A DNA stretch of 64,000 bases from Candidatus Falkowbacteria bacterium (GCA_043801965.1 JAZDLN010000011.1:44511-108510), one strand, 5' to 3'; shown: positions 18,062-25,736, counted from the first letter of the stretch. Notes: generated by a model from the sequence alone, not told the origin. Numbers and translations are program-made.

Positions 18062-18206
18062 AAAGAAAAACAAGATACAAGTTACAAGTTACAAGTTACA
18101 AACAAATTTCAACTCTCAATATACAATAACCAAACTGATATTATACTTGTGATTTGTAATTTGAAATTTGTTTGTGTCCTTGTGTCTTGTCTCTTGTTTC
18201 TTACAG
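18062..18206. repeat. long imperfect palindrome whose arms are tandem degenerate 7-mers (CAAGTTA / TTGTnnC)
   Basis: Left arm caagata caagtta caagtta caagtta caaacaa atttcaa. Right arm ttgaaat ttgtttg tgtcctt gtgtctt gtctctt. Core caaacaaatttcaa / ttgaaatttgtttg is perfectly complementary. Confidence 0.75.
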
Positions 18207-18226
18207 TCCCTTAACGGGCGTTTCTG

Positions 18227-18880
18227 TCAACTATTTCCCAAAAATTTTTTTAAATCCAAATCCGCCCAATCATGAACTAAAACATCCGCCGGATATTCGC
18301 GTTCATCTTCCCGCGCGATCAGCCCGACACATTTCATGCCCGCGCGTTTAGCGGCGGTCATGCCGCTCATCGCGTCTTCGAATACCAGACATTCATCCGG
18401 ACGAGCTTTCATCTTTTTAGCGGCCAGTAAAAATATGGCCGGATCCGGCTTGCCTTTCTCAACTTCATCGCCGGAAGTGATGGTTTTAAATTTATCTTTC
18501 AGCCCTAATTTATTTAAAACCGCCATGACGTATTCTTTCCGCGAAGAAGAGGCCAGGGCAAGACCGTATCCGCGATCTTTAAGATGTTCAACCAGCTCGA
18601 CCGCGCCAGAAATCGGACCGGCTTTTTGTTTGGCCAGATCAATAACTTTTTTCCATTTTTCCTCAATAATCCTGTTAACATCGGCGCTTTTATCCCGTAA
18701 AAGCTCTTGAAAAAATTCGCTAGTTTTCACGCCGGAAAATCGGCTTTCGATTTCCGCTGCGCCGATCTCCACTCCATGATTATTTAAAATTTCCGCCTCT
18801 ACCGCCGATTGTATCTTATTGGTGTCTGACAGCGTCCCGTCCAGATCGAAAATTATAGTTGTGATTTTAAGGGTTGACAT
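18227..18880 (-). CDS. HAD hydrolase, beta-phosphoglucomutase/phosphatase subfamily
   Basis: IIFDLDGTLSDT motif I, SSS motif II, KGKPDPAIF and EDAMSG motifs. Confidence 0.8.
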   Translation of the reverse strand: MSTLKITTIIFDLDGTLSDTNKIQSAVEAEILNNHGVEIGAAEIESRFSGVKTSEFFQELLRDKSADVNRIIEEKWKKVIDLAKQKAGPISGAVELVEHLKDRGYGLALASSSRKEYVMAVLNKLGLKDKFKTITSGDEVEKGKPDPAIFLLAAKKMKARPDECLVFEDAMSGMTAAKRAGMKCVGLIAREDEREYPADVLVHDWADLDLKKFLGNS

Positions 18881-18953
18881 AATTTTAAAAAGATGCTAAT
18901 TTTAAGTATTAGTTTAAGCTCTTTGACAAAACTCAAAAAACAGAGGCTGAAAA

Positions 18954-19346
18954 ATGGAAAAAAAGGAAATTGTCATTATCTCTGAACATTTTGAAACCAG
19001 GCACGATGAAATCATGTGCTATAGTCTCTTCGGGGGCGAAATTGACAAGCGCGGATTCATGGATAATACCCGCTGTTTTTCCCGCTTATTTGATGGTCAA
19101 AATTCGGTTCTGGAGATGATCATCCGGAACAATGATCCGGATATCATCGTGATAGATGAATACGCCGGTCAAAATCTTTCTTTGGCAGCGGCCGGAGCGA
19201 TCAACTCTTTCCGTGAAGCAGGTTACAGAGGGATGATCATTGTTATTGATTGTTACGGCTGCGCCGATATTAATTGGAAAGATGCTGGCGCCGACTTTTC
19301 GGGCACTTACAGTCAGGTAGCTTGTTTTATAAAAAATCTGTCCTAA
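18954..19346 (+). CDS. hypothetical protein, receiver(CheY)-like fold suspected
   Basis: Beta-alpha pattern IVIIS...PDIIVIDE...MIIVID, but without the N-terminal acidic pair. Confidence 0.4.
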   Translation: MEKKEIVIISEHFETRHDEIMCYSLFGGEIDKRGFMDNTRCFSRLFDGQNSVLEMIIRNNDPDIIVIDEYAGQNLSLAAAGAINSFREAGYRGMIIVIDCYGCADINWKDAGADFSGTYSQVACFIKNLS

Positions 19347-19378
19347 AAAATAAAAAGATTCAAAAAGGAGAAAAAATC

Positions 19379-19738
19379 ATGGAAAAAAGTAAAACCGTCA
19401 TCGCCTTGATCCTGCTGGTCGCCTTCGCCATTTTTTCGCCCTCAACCGCTTCGGCTGAAACTTACGAATATCCCGACATTCAATTTTTACCCGAATCCAT
19501 GGATAAAATCAATTGGTCGGCGCTCGACCTTGATAACAGTCCTGGTAAATACAAACTTATCGGTGTTCAAGGCGCTGGTTTAATAAAAATGAAAGATGTG
19601 GGCGAAAAGCATGTTATTGATCTGCCGCCCAATACGCTTGTCGTTATTAACTACAATCTGCGCATTATAGAAATGGTCGAACTAGTAGGTATTGATATTT
19701 TGGCATATGAATACGGCATCGCTGTCGTAAAAAAATAA
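19379..19738 (+). CDS. small secreted hypothetical protein
   Basis: Start moved to the ATG at 19379, behind RBS aaaggag. Signal peptide MEKSKTVIALILLVAFAIFSPSTASA. Confidence 0.5.
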   Translation: MEKSKTVIALILLVAFAIFSPSTASAETYEYPDIQFLPESMDKINWSALDLDNSPGKYKLIGVQGAGLIKMKDVGEKHVIDLPPNTLVVINYNLRIIEMVELVGIDILAYEYGIAVVKK

Positions 19739-19762
19739 AAAAATTTATACGAAAAAAAGGAT

Positions 19763-19948
19763 ATGATTATGACAGAAAATAGATTAGAGATTATATTATT
19801 ACTCGAAACCATTCTTCTTTTTATCGTACTGGCCGTCGGCCCCTATATGCAGTTTACCGCCTTCTACGCTTTAACCATATCGATTACAGCTCTATTGAGC
19901 CTTACGCTGGATCTCTGGGCGCGAATGCCAAGTATAAATATTAGCTGA
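19763..19948 (+). CDS. small two-TM hypothetical protein
   Basis: 61-aa hydrophobic ORF directly after the previous gene. aaaaagga lies upstream. Confidence 0.3.
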   Translation: MIMTENRLEIILLLETILLFIVLAVGPYMQFTAFYALTISITALLSLTLDLWARMPSINIS

Positions 19949-20067
19949 CCCAAACTATCAAGGAACCCAGTATTAAAATCTATTTTCTGACCGCGCAGGC
20001 AAATTTCACTTAACCATTGTCTTAAAATTAGGCAAAAAAATCTTTAAAAGTAGCTCATTTTTATCCC

Positions 20068-20094
20068 AAGGAACCAACCACGGTTCCTTTTTTA
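20068..20094 (+). terminator. rho-independent terminator
   Basis: aaggaacc-aaccac-ggttcctttttt. Confidence 0.65.
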
Positions 20095-20117
20095 TTGGTT
20101 CGCCGTTTCCCTCCTTT

Positions 20118-20217
20118 CAAGCCCTCTGCCCCGGCTTACTTCGTTCGCCGACCCCTCTCCGGTACCGGAGAGGGGTGCCGAGCGCAAGCGAGGCGGGGAG
20201 AGGGTTTGTTTAGAAAA
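20118..20217. repeat. GC-rich ~100-nt palindromic element, copy 1 (GGAGAGGGG family)
   Basis: aagccctctgccccggcttacttcgttcgccgacccctctccggtaccggagaggggtgccgagcgcaagcgaggcggggagagggttt. Self-complementary about the ggtacc centre. Confidence 0.8.
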
Positions 20218-20222
20218 TAAAT

Positions 20223-20585
20223 TTATCTATCCATTTCTCTTCTTATTTTCCCTATTACCGCCTGAAGGTCATCTATAACTTCGGCATTGGTAAACCTCAT
20301 AATTCTATATCCCTGCCCGATAAAAAATTCTTGCCTAAATTCATCATACTCCTTGATTTCCTCTTTATTATGTATTCCTCCGTCAACCTCAATAATCAAT
20401 CTTTTGGAAAAACAACAAAAATCAACGATATACCGATAAGAGCCGAAACAAAACGGAACCTGTCGTTTGAATTTTACGTCTAAAAAATTATTTCTAACCC
20501 TTTGCCACAGTAATTTTTCCGCTGGTGTCATTTTCTTTCGTAAAATTTTTGCGATATCGTATATGTTGGTCGGATATTTATTCAT
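20223..20585 (-). CDS. DUF559 (Vsr/restriction-endonuclease-like fold) protein
   Basis: LRKKMTPAEKLLWQRVRN...FKRQVPFGSYRYIVDFCC...LIIEVDGGIH...D..R...F...GYRIMRFTNAEV, a typical DUF559 pattern. Confidence 0.8.
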   Translation of the reverse strand: MNKYPTNIYDIAKILRKKMTPAEKLLWQRVRNNFLDVKFKRQVPFCFGSYRYIVDFCCFSKRLIIEVDGGIHNKEEIKEYDEFRQEFFIGQGYRIMRFTNAEVIDDLQAVIGKIRREMDR

Positions 20586-20632
20586 ATGTTATTACGGGCA
20601 CGGCTTTCTCTCTAATCCTCCACTCGCCTTTC

Positions 20633-20732
20633 GAGCCCTCTCCCCCGGCTCTCTTCGTTCGCCGACCCCTCTCCCTGCCTACCGGTAGGCAGGCGGTACC
20701 GGAGAGGGGTGCCGAGCGCAAGCGAGGCGGGG
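20633..20732. repeat. GC-rich palindromic element, copy 2 (same orientation as copy 1, carries a nested insertion)
   Basis: Matches copy 1 arm for arm except for 20 extra nt at the apex. Confidence 0.8.
20675..20694. repeat. 20-nt mini-palindrome nested in the apex of copy 2
   Basis: ctgcctaccggtaggcag(gc). An 18-nt perfect palindrome inserted between ctcc and ggtacc, relative to copy 1. Confidence 0.75.
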
Positions 20733-20769
20733 AGAGGGTTTTGTTTAACCGGAGAGGGGGCAAGCGTCT

Positions 20770-22593
20770 CTATTCTACGGTAACACTCTTCGCTAAATTA
20801 CGGGGTTTATCCACATCCCGATTATTTAATGCCGCTATATAATAAGCGAAAAGCTGGAGCGGCACGGCGGCAAGTATCGGCGTAAGCATCTCCAGAGTCG
20901 GCGGTATGTATATGACGTCATCGGCGATAACCTCGATCTCATTGCTGCCCTCGGTCGTTATCGCGATAATGCGGCCGTCACGCGATTTTATCTCTTCCAT
21001 ATTGCTTAGATTCTTTTCATAAACCGAATCCCGGGGCGCGATAAAGACGCTCGGAAAATTCTCGTCGATCATGGCCAGAGGCCCGTGCTTCATCTCTCCG
21101 GACGCGAAGCCTTCGGCGTGGATATAGGATATTTCCTTTAATTTCAGGGCTCCCTCACGGGCAGTTGGCTGGTTGTATTTCCGCCCCAGATACGCGAAAT
21201 GCTCCGCGTCGCGGTATTTGGCGGCGATAGCGGCGATATAGTCGCTTTGTTTTAAAATTGTTTCAATTTTAAAAGGCAAAAGCTTTATTTCTTCAAGTAT
21301 TTCCCGGGCTGACCCTTGGGTCATGCGCCTTTGCCGTCCCAGGAGAACCGTCAAAAGGGCCAGGATCGTTGTCTGAGACGTAAAAGCCTTGGTAGAAGCG
21401 ACGGAAATTTCCGGACCGATATGATTGTAGATGCCGGCATCAACTTCGCGCGCGATCGTAGATCCGACCACATTCACGATTCCCAGGGTAAAAGCCCCCC
21501 TGGCCTTCGCCTCGCGTACCGCCGCCAACGTGTCGGCCGTCTCTCCCGACTGGCTTACCGCCAAAACGGCCGTAGACGGACCGAGCGCCGGAGAGCGGTA
21601 GCGGAATTCGCTCGCCCACTCAACTTCCGCCGGCACCCCGGCGTGCTCTTCGAGCATATATTCGCCCGTGAGTCCGGCATGATAAGCCGTACCGCAGGCT
21701 ACGATCACCAGCCGGTCTATTTCCCTTAATTTGTCGGAAATAGCGTCAAAGCCGCCGAATTTAACCAAACCATCTTCGGCGATAACCCTTCCTCTGACGC
21801 TGTCTTCTATCGCCCGCGGCTGCTCAAATATCTCTTTGAGCATAAAATGCGGATAACCGCCTTTTTCGGCGCGTTCAATATCCCATTCAATCGAGTGGAT
21901 ATTTTTTTCTATGGCCCGCGCCTGGCCGTCGAATATCCGATAACCGCTGTCTTTTATTTCCGCGATTTCGCCGTCCTCCAGGTAAATAACGTCCCGGGTA
22001 TGGCGGATTACGGCGGCCGCGTCCGAGGCCACGATCATCTCTTCCGGACCGATGCCGAGTATGAGCGGACTGCCGCGCTTAACGACCACGATCTTATCCG
22101 GTTCATCGGCGTGGATAATCGCCAAGCCGTAAGCCCCTTCCAGCATGCCGACCACGGCCGTAACGGCCGAAATTATATCGCCGTCATAAACTTCTTCTAT
22201 CAGGTGGGGTATTACCTCGGTATCGGTCTCGGAAATAAATTCATGCCCGCGGTCCCGGAGGCTGGCCTTTAGGGCCTGGTAATTTTCAATAATGCCGTTG
22301 TGGACAACCCTGATCTTGCCGGAGCAATCAAGATGGGGGTGGGCATTTTCTTCCGTGGGTCGGCCGTGCGTGGCCCAGCGGGTATGGGCGATCCCGACCC
22401 GTCCGGCGATCGGACGACCGGCGATCTTCTTGTCTAATTCGCAGATCTTCCCGACGGCTTTAAAATCGGAAAAGTCTCCGTCCCAAACGGACAGCCCGGA
22501 GGAATCATAGCCCCGGTATTCTAATTTTCTTATGCCATCCAAAAGGATGGGCGCGGCCTCTTTCCGGCCGACATAACCCACGATGCCGCACAT
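20770..22593 (-). CDS. glmS: glutamine--fructose-6-phosphate aminotransferase (isomerizing)
   Basis: True start taken at MCGIVGYVG (catalytic Cys2, ATG at 22591-22593). Two SIS domains with GTAYHAG and SQSGETADT. C-terminus KPRNLAKSVTVE. The track ORF carries a spurious 34-aa N-terminal extension. Confidence 0.92.
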   Translation of the reverse strand: MCGIVGYVGRKEAAPILLDGIRKLEYRGYDSSGLSVWDGDFSDFKAVGKICELDKKIAGRPIAGRVGIAHTRWATHGRPTEENAHPHLDCSGKIRVVHNGIIENYQALKASLRDRGHEFISETDTEVIPHLIEEVYDGDIISAVTAVVGMLEGAYGLAIIHADEPDKIVVVKRGSPLILGIGPEEMIVASDAAAVIRHTRDVIYLEDGEIAEIKDSGYRIFDGQARAIEKNIHSIEWDIERAEKGGYPHFMLKEIFEQPRAIEDSVRGRVIAEDGLVKFGGFDAISDKLREIDRLVIVACGTAYHAGLTGEYMLEEHAGVPAEVEWASEFRYRSPALGPSTAVLAVSQSGETADTLAAVREAKARGAFTLGIVNVVGSTIAREVDAGIYNHIGPEISVASTKAFTSQTTILALLTVLLGRQRRMTQGSAREILEEIKLLPFKIETILKQSDYIAAIAAKYRDAEHFAYLGRKYNQPTAREGALKLKEISYIHAEGFASGEMKHGPLAMIDENFPSVFIAPRDSVYEKNLSNMEEIKSRDGRIIAITTEGSNEIEVIADDVIYIPPTLEMLTPILAAVPLQLFAYYIAALNNRDVDKPRNLAKSVTVE

Positions 22594-22676
22594 ATTTGTT
22601 GAAGTTATCCGCCCAAGGCATATTCGCCTTGGGCGGGGAGTAAAAAATAAAAAAATATAAGTTTGCCGCTGCGGGC

Positions 22677-23426
22677 TTACGAGATTTTCTCCCAAAGCGC
22701 CAGAAATATGATCTTCTGCGTCGCGTAGATCATTTCATTCTCGATAATAACGCCGACCGGCGCGCCTTTCTTGTCCCGGGAAATAAAAGCGCATTTTCCG
22801 TTATAAATAATGATAAAAGTAGCCGAATCCTTTCTGGTCCCAAGCCAGCGGCGCTCGTCCAATCCGCTTACCTTCCCGCCCGATGCGAGGGAGATAGCTT
22901 TGACGCGTATCTCTTTTTTTATCCGGTTGGCCGTAAACTCCGGATAAGCATTATTAATATCGCTTGACGCCTTGGTGGCCGAATAAACGTAATATTCCCG
23001 TTCCTTTTTGTCCGCGTCTTTCATGGCTAAAAGCACGTCGTCAAGGATCGTGCGTATTCCGGACTTGCCCTCATAAAATTTCGTGGTTGGCTGGCTCGTC
23101 TCGCCCTTATCCTGGATGGATCTAAGCTCGGGGATCGCTTCTTTTATCTTTTCCCTTGTCCGGAAAAATTCCCGCTCCTGCTTCCCGATAATATCGTTTA
23201 GTTTTTCCGGATCTTCGGCGACAAATCTCTGTTTCGTGTCATGATGATAAAAACTTACCAAGCCGTCTTCCTGCAATTTTTTCAATATATCGTAAACTGT
23301 GCCGCGATTAAGGCCGGTAAGTTTAGCCAGTCCGCGCACGGAAACCGCTCCGCACTCCAAAAGGCTAAGATAGACTTTGATTTCCTTGTCGGATAAACCT
23401 ATTTTTTTAAAAACTGATAAATCCAT
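22677..23426 (-). CDS. TrmB-family transcriptional regulator
   Basis: N-terminal wHTH LSDKEIKVYLSLLECGAVSVRGLAKLTGLNRGTVYDILKKLQEDGLV. Confidence 0.75.
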   Translation of the reverse strand: MDLSVFKKIGLSDKEIKVYLSLLECGAVSVRGLAKLTGLNRGTVYDILKKLQEDGLVSFYHHDTKQRFVAEDPEKLNDIIGKQEREFFRTREKIKEAIPELRSIQDKGETSQPTTKFYEGKSGIRTILDDVLLAMKDADKKEREYYVYSATKASSDINNAYPEFTANRIKKEIRVKAISLASGGKVSGLDERRWLGTRKDSATFIIIYNGKCAFISRDKKGAPVGVIIENEMIYATQKIIFLALWEKIS

Positions 23427-23739
23427 AATATTATAATATTTTTAAAACATATTTTAAATATACTACCGATCCATAAATGTGTCAATAATAATCCTACAGC
23501 TTACGAAAAAATGTATTATTTATACCTAATTTTAAATATAATATATATAATAATCTGTCATAAATAAAATAACAAAATTATAAAAAATAACTAGTTATCC
23601 ACAAGAGTAAAATAATATAGACAAACCGTACGCTAAATACCGCGTTTAACGATTTTGGAGCCGATTCAAGTCCATTGACATCAAATAAAGTATGATGTAA
23701 TATGAAAATATGTAATGTTGATAACTTGGTAAAATAAAT

Positions 23740-24573
23740 ATGGAAAAACGCGACAGACTTACCGTTACTCTAAAAAAAGAGGTGCTTAATAATCTGGATA
23801 AATACATTGACGGCTCCCGCATACGCAACCGTTCGCACGCGGTCGAGTATATCCTCGAAAAGCACTTCTCCCCTAAAGTTAAAAAGGCCGTAATACTCGC
23901 CGGTGGCCGCGGACTAAAAATGCGCCCCTTTACCTACGAAATGCCGAAAGCCATGATTCCGATAAACGGCCGGCCCGTACTTGAGTATATAATAGAAAAT
24001 CTCCGGAGGAACGATATCCGGGAAATAATCGTTTCGATCGGTTATCTCGGAAAAAAAATCGAGGAATATTTCTCCGATGGCGCCAAATTCGGTGTAAAGA
24101 TAAAGTATCTTAAACAGGGCAAAGAGAGCGGGACCGTGACCCCCGTTCTGGACGCCATGAAACTCGTAAAAGACGGCCCGTTTCTGGTCTACTATGGAGA
24201 CGTCCTGTCCACCATTGACCTTCTCGATATGGGTGATTTCCATCTGGCTGGAGGCGCCGTCGCCACCATGGCCATCACCTCGGTTAAAAAATCTTCCGAT
24301 TGGGGGGTGGTCAGGATGCAGGGAAACCGCATATACTCGTATCTGGAAAAACCGGATTCGCGCAAAGACCTGTCGCATCTTATCAACGCCGGAATATATA
24401 TTTTCGAACCGGAAATATTCAAATACCTGAAACCGGGCATGAAAAAACTGGAACACGAGGTTCTGCCGCTTTTAGTCGAACGGAAAGCCTTGAACGGCTA
24501 TCTGTTCGCGGGAGACTGGTTCGATGTCGGCAATCCGGAAATATACAAGAACGCCGTCCAGGGCTGGATCTAA
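23740..24573 (+). CDS. ribbon-helix-helix domain fused to a sugar-phosphate nucleotidyltransferase
   Basis: N-terminal RLTVTLKKEVLNNLDKYIDGSRIRNRSHAVEYILEKH (CopG/RHH-like), followed by AVILAGGRGLKMRPFTYEMPKAMIPI. Confidence 0.7.
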   Translation: MEKRDRLTVTLKKEVLNNLDKYIDGSRIRNRSHAVEYILEKHFSPKVKKAVILAGGRGLKMRPFTYEMPKAMIPINGRPVLEYIIENLRRNDIREIIVSIGYLGKKIEEYFSDGAKFGVKIKYLKQGKESGTVTPVLDAMKLVKDGPFLVYYGDVLSTIDLLDMGDFHLAGGAVATMAITSVKKSSDWGVVRMQGNRIYSYLEKPDSRKDLSHLINAGIYIFEPEIFKYLKPGMKKLEHEVLPLLVERKALNGYLFAGDWFDVGNPEIYKNAVQGWI

Positions 24574-24587
24574 GATCCGACAAAAAA

Positions 24588-24707
24588 AATCGCACGAAAC
24601 GCAAGGAAAACTTTCTCGAGAGTTTTTCTAGCCATTCTTTTTTCGTGCGATTTAAGAATGGCGGAAAAACTTTCTAAAAAGCCTTCCTTGAAAAAGGAAG
24701 GCTTTTT
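24588..24707 (+). promoter_or_regulatory. leader with mutually exclusive hairpins and a terminator upstream of the kinase-like gene
   Basis: Stem 1 pairs 24588-24598 with 24642-24652. Stem 2 pairs 24631-24639 with 24654-24662 and overlaps stem 1. Terminator gccttcctt-gaaa-aaggaaggcttttt at 24681-24707. Confidence 0.35.
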
Positions 24708-24755
24708 ATACTGCGTTCTACGTTCTTTACCAATATAAGAAAGGAGATATCCGCC

Positions 24756-25712
24756 ATGTCAGAAAAAATCCTAAAGGAACTCGGCTTCGATGAGTGCGTT
24801 TGCGAATTGCCTTCGGGTTTTCACGCCTCGGTCATGCTGGTTAACGATAAATCATGCCAAAAGGTAGTAAAAATCATAAGCAAATCCTGTTTAAATGAGG
24901 AAGCGGCCGCTTTAGAGCTCCAAAAAGACATCATCGCTTATTACGATGAACTCAAAAAAATAAATATCCCCACACCCGAAAACGACATAAAGATCATCCG
25001 CAACGATTGCGGATACGATCTCGTGATCGTGAGCCCTTTCTGCGGATTTAACTTAAGTGATGCCATTAAACACGGCTCAGAGGCCGAGTGCCTGGAGGCG
25101 GTATCGTCAATCCTGTCCGTTATCGGCAAATTTTTCACTAATCGTATCGGCGAAAAAAGCTACGAGCTTATCTGCGGACTCGACCCCAAACCGGACAATT
25201 TTACCCGCGATCAAAAGGGAGATGTCCACTACATCGACCTTATGCCTCCCCGGTACCGTAAGAACGGCCACGCGCTCGTGGAATTCCCCGCCCCCCGGTC
25301 GAAAAACGGATACGACCTCGCCTATTTTAGGCATTTCGATATCCGGGGTATAACCCTCGTATTCCGTACCCAGCTGTGCCGCTTAAGGCCGTCTCTTCGG
25401 CCGCAGATCCTCAGGCTTCTTGCCGCTTTTTACGAAAAAACCCTCCTGCCGGAACGCGACGGCTATTTCGAATCTTTCCCGGGAAATATTTTTAATCGCG
25501 CCGATCGGGCCGAACGGCAAAAGATCATCGCGGAAATAAAAGAGGACGATATGTACCTCTTCCGGGATATCGCCACAGAGCTGGCTTTCGAAAATCCGAA
25601 TCGTTGCGGAAAAAAATGGCTGGAAGAAATATTCCACCTCACGCACTTTTACGACGACGTCCCCTCTTTCGAAAACGCCAGAAAAATAAAACAGATGCTT
25701 AAAAGCGTCTGA
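24756..25712 (+). CDS. protein-kinase-like (APH/ePK fold) phosphotransferase, substrate unknown
   Basis: VVKIISK lysine motif, catalytic-loop-like GLDPKPDNF, downstream IDLMPP. RBS aaaggag. Confidence 0.5.
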   Translation: MSEKILKELGFDECVCELPSGFHASVMLVNDKSCQKVVKIISKSCLNEEAAALELQKDIIAYYDELKKINIPTPENDIKIIRNDCGYDLVIVSPFCGFNLSDAIKHGSEAECLEAVSSILSVIGKFFTNRIGEKSYELICGLDPKPDNFTRDQKGDVHYIDLMPPRYRKNGHALVEFPAPRSKNGYDLAYFRHFDIRGITLVFRTQLCRLRPSLRPQILRLLAAFYEKTLLPERDGYFESFPGNIFNRADRAERQKIIAEIKEDDMYLFRDIATELAFENPNRCGKKWLEEIFHLTHFYDDVPSFENARKIKQMLKSV

Positions 25713-25736
25713 TTCCCTACAAACAACCGGTATGAA

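Noticed and set aside
19274-19378. Upstream 35-aa extension of the 154-aa track ORF
   Set aside because: The extension overlaps the previous gene and lacks an RBS. The internal ATG at 19379 follows aaaggag and starts a canonical signal peptide.
22594-22695. 34-aa N-terminal extension of the glmS ORF, and the idea of a glmS ribozyme in the leader
   Set aside because: The GlmS catalytic Cys must be residue 2 (MCGIVGY), so the extension is not translated. The gap to the upstream gene is only ~85 nt and holds one simple hairpin (ccgcccaaggc/gccttgggcgg, 22609-22636). That is far too short and lacks the multi-helix architecture of the ~170-nt glmS ribozyme.
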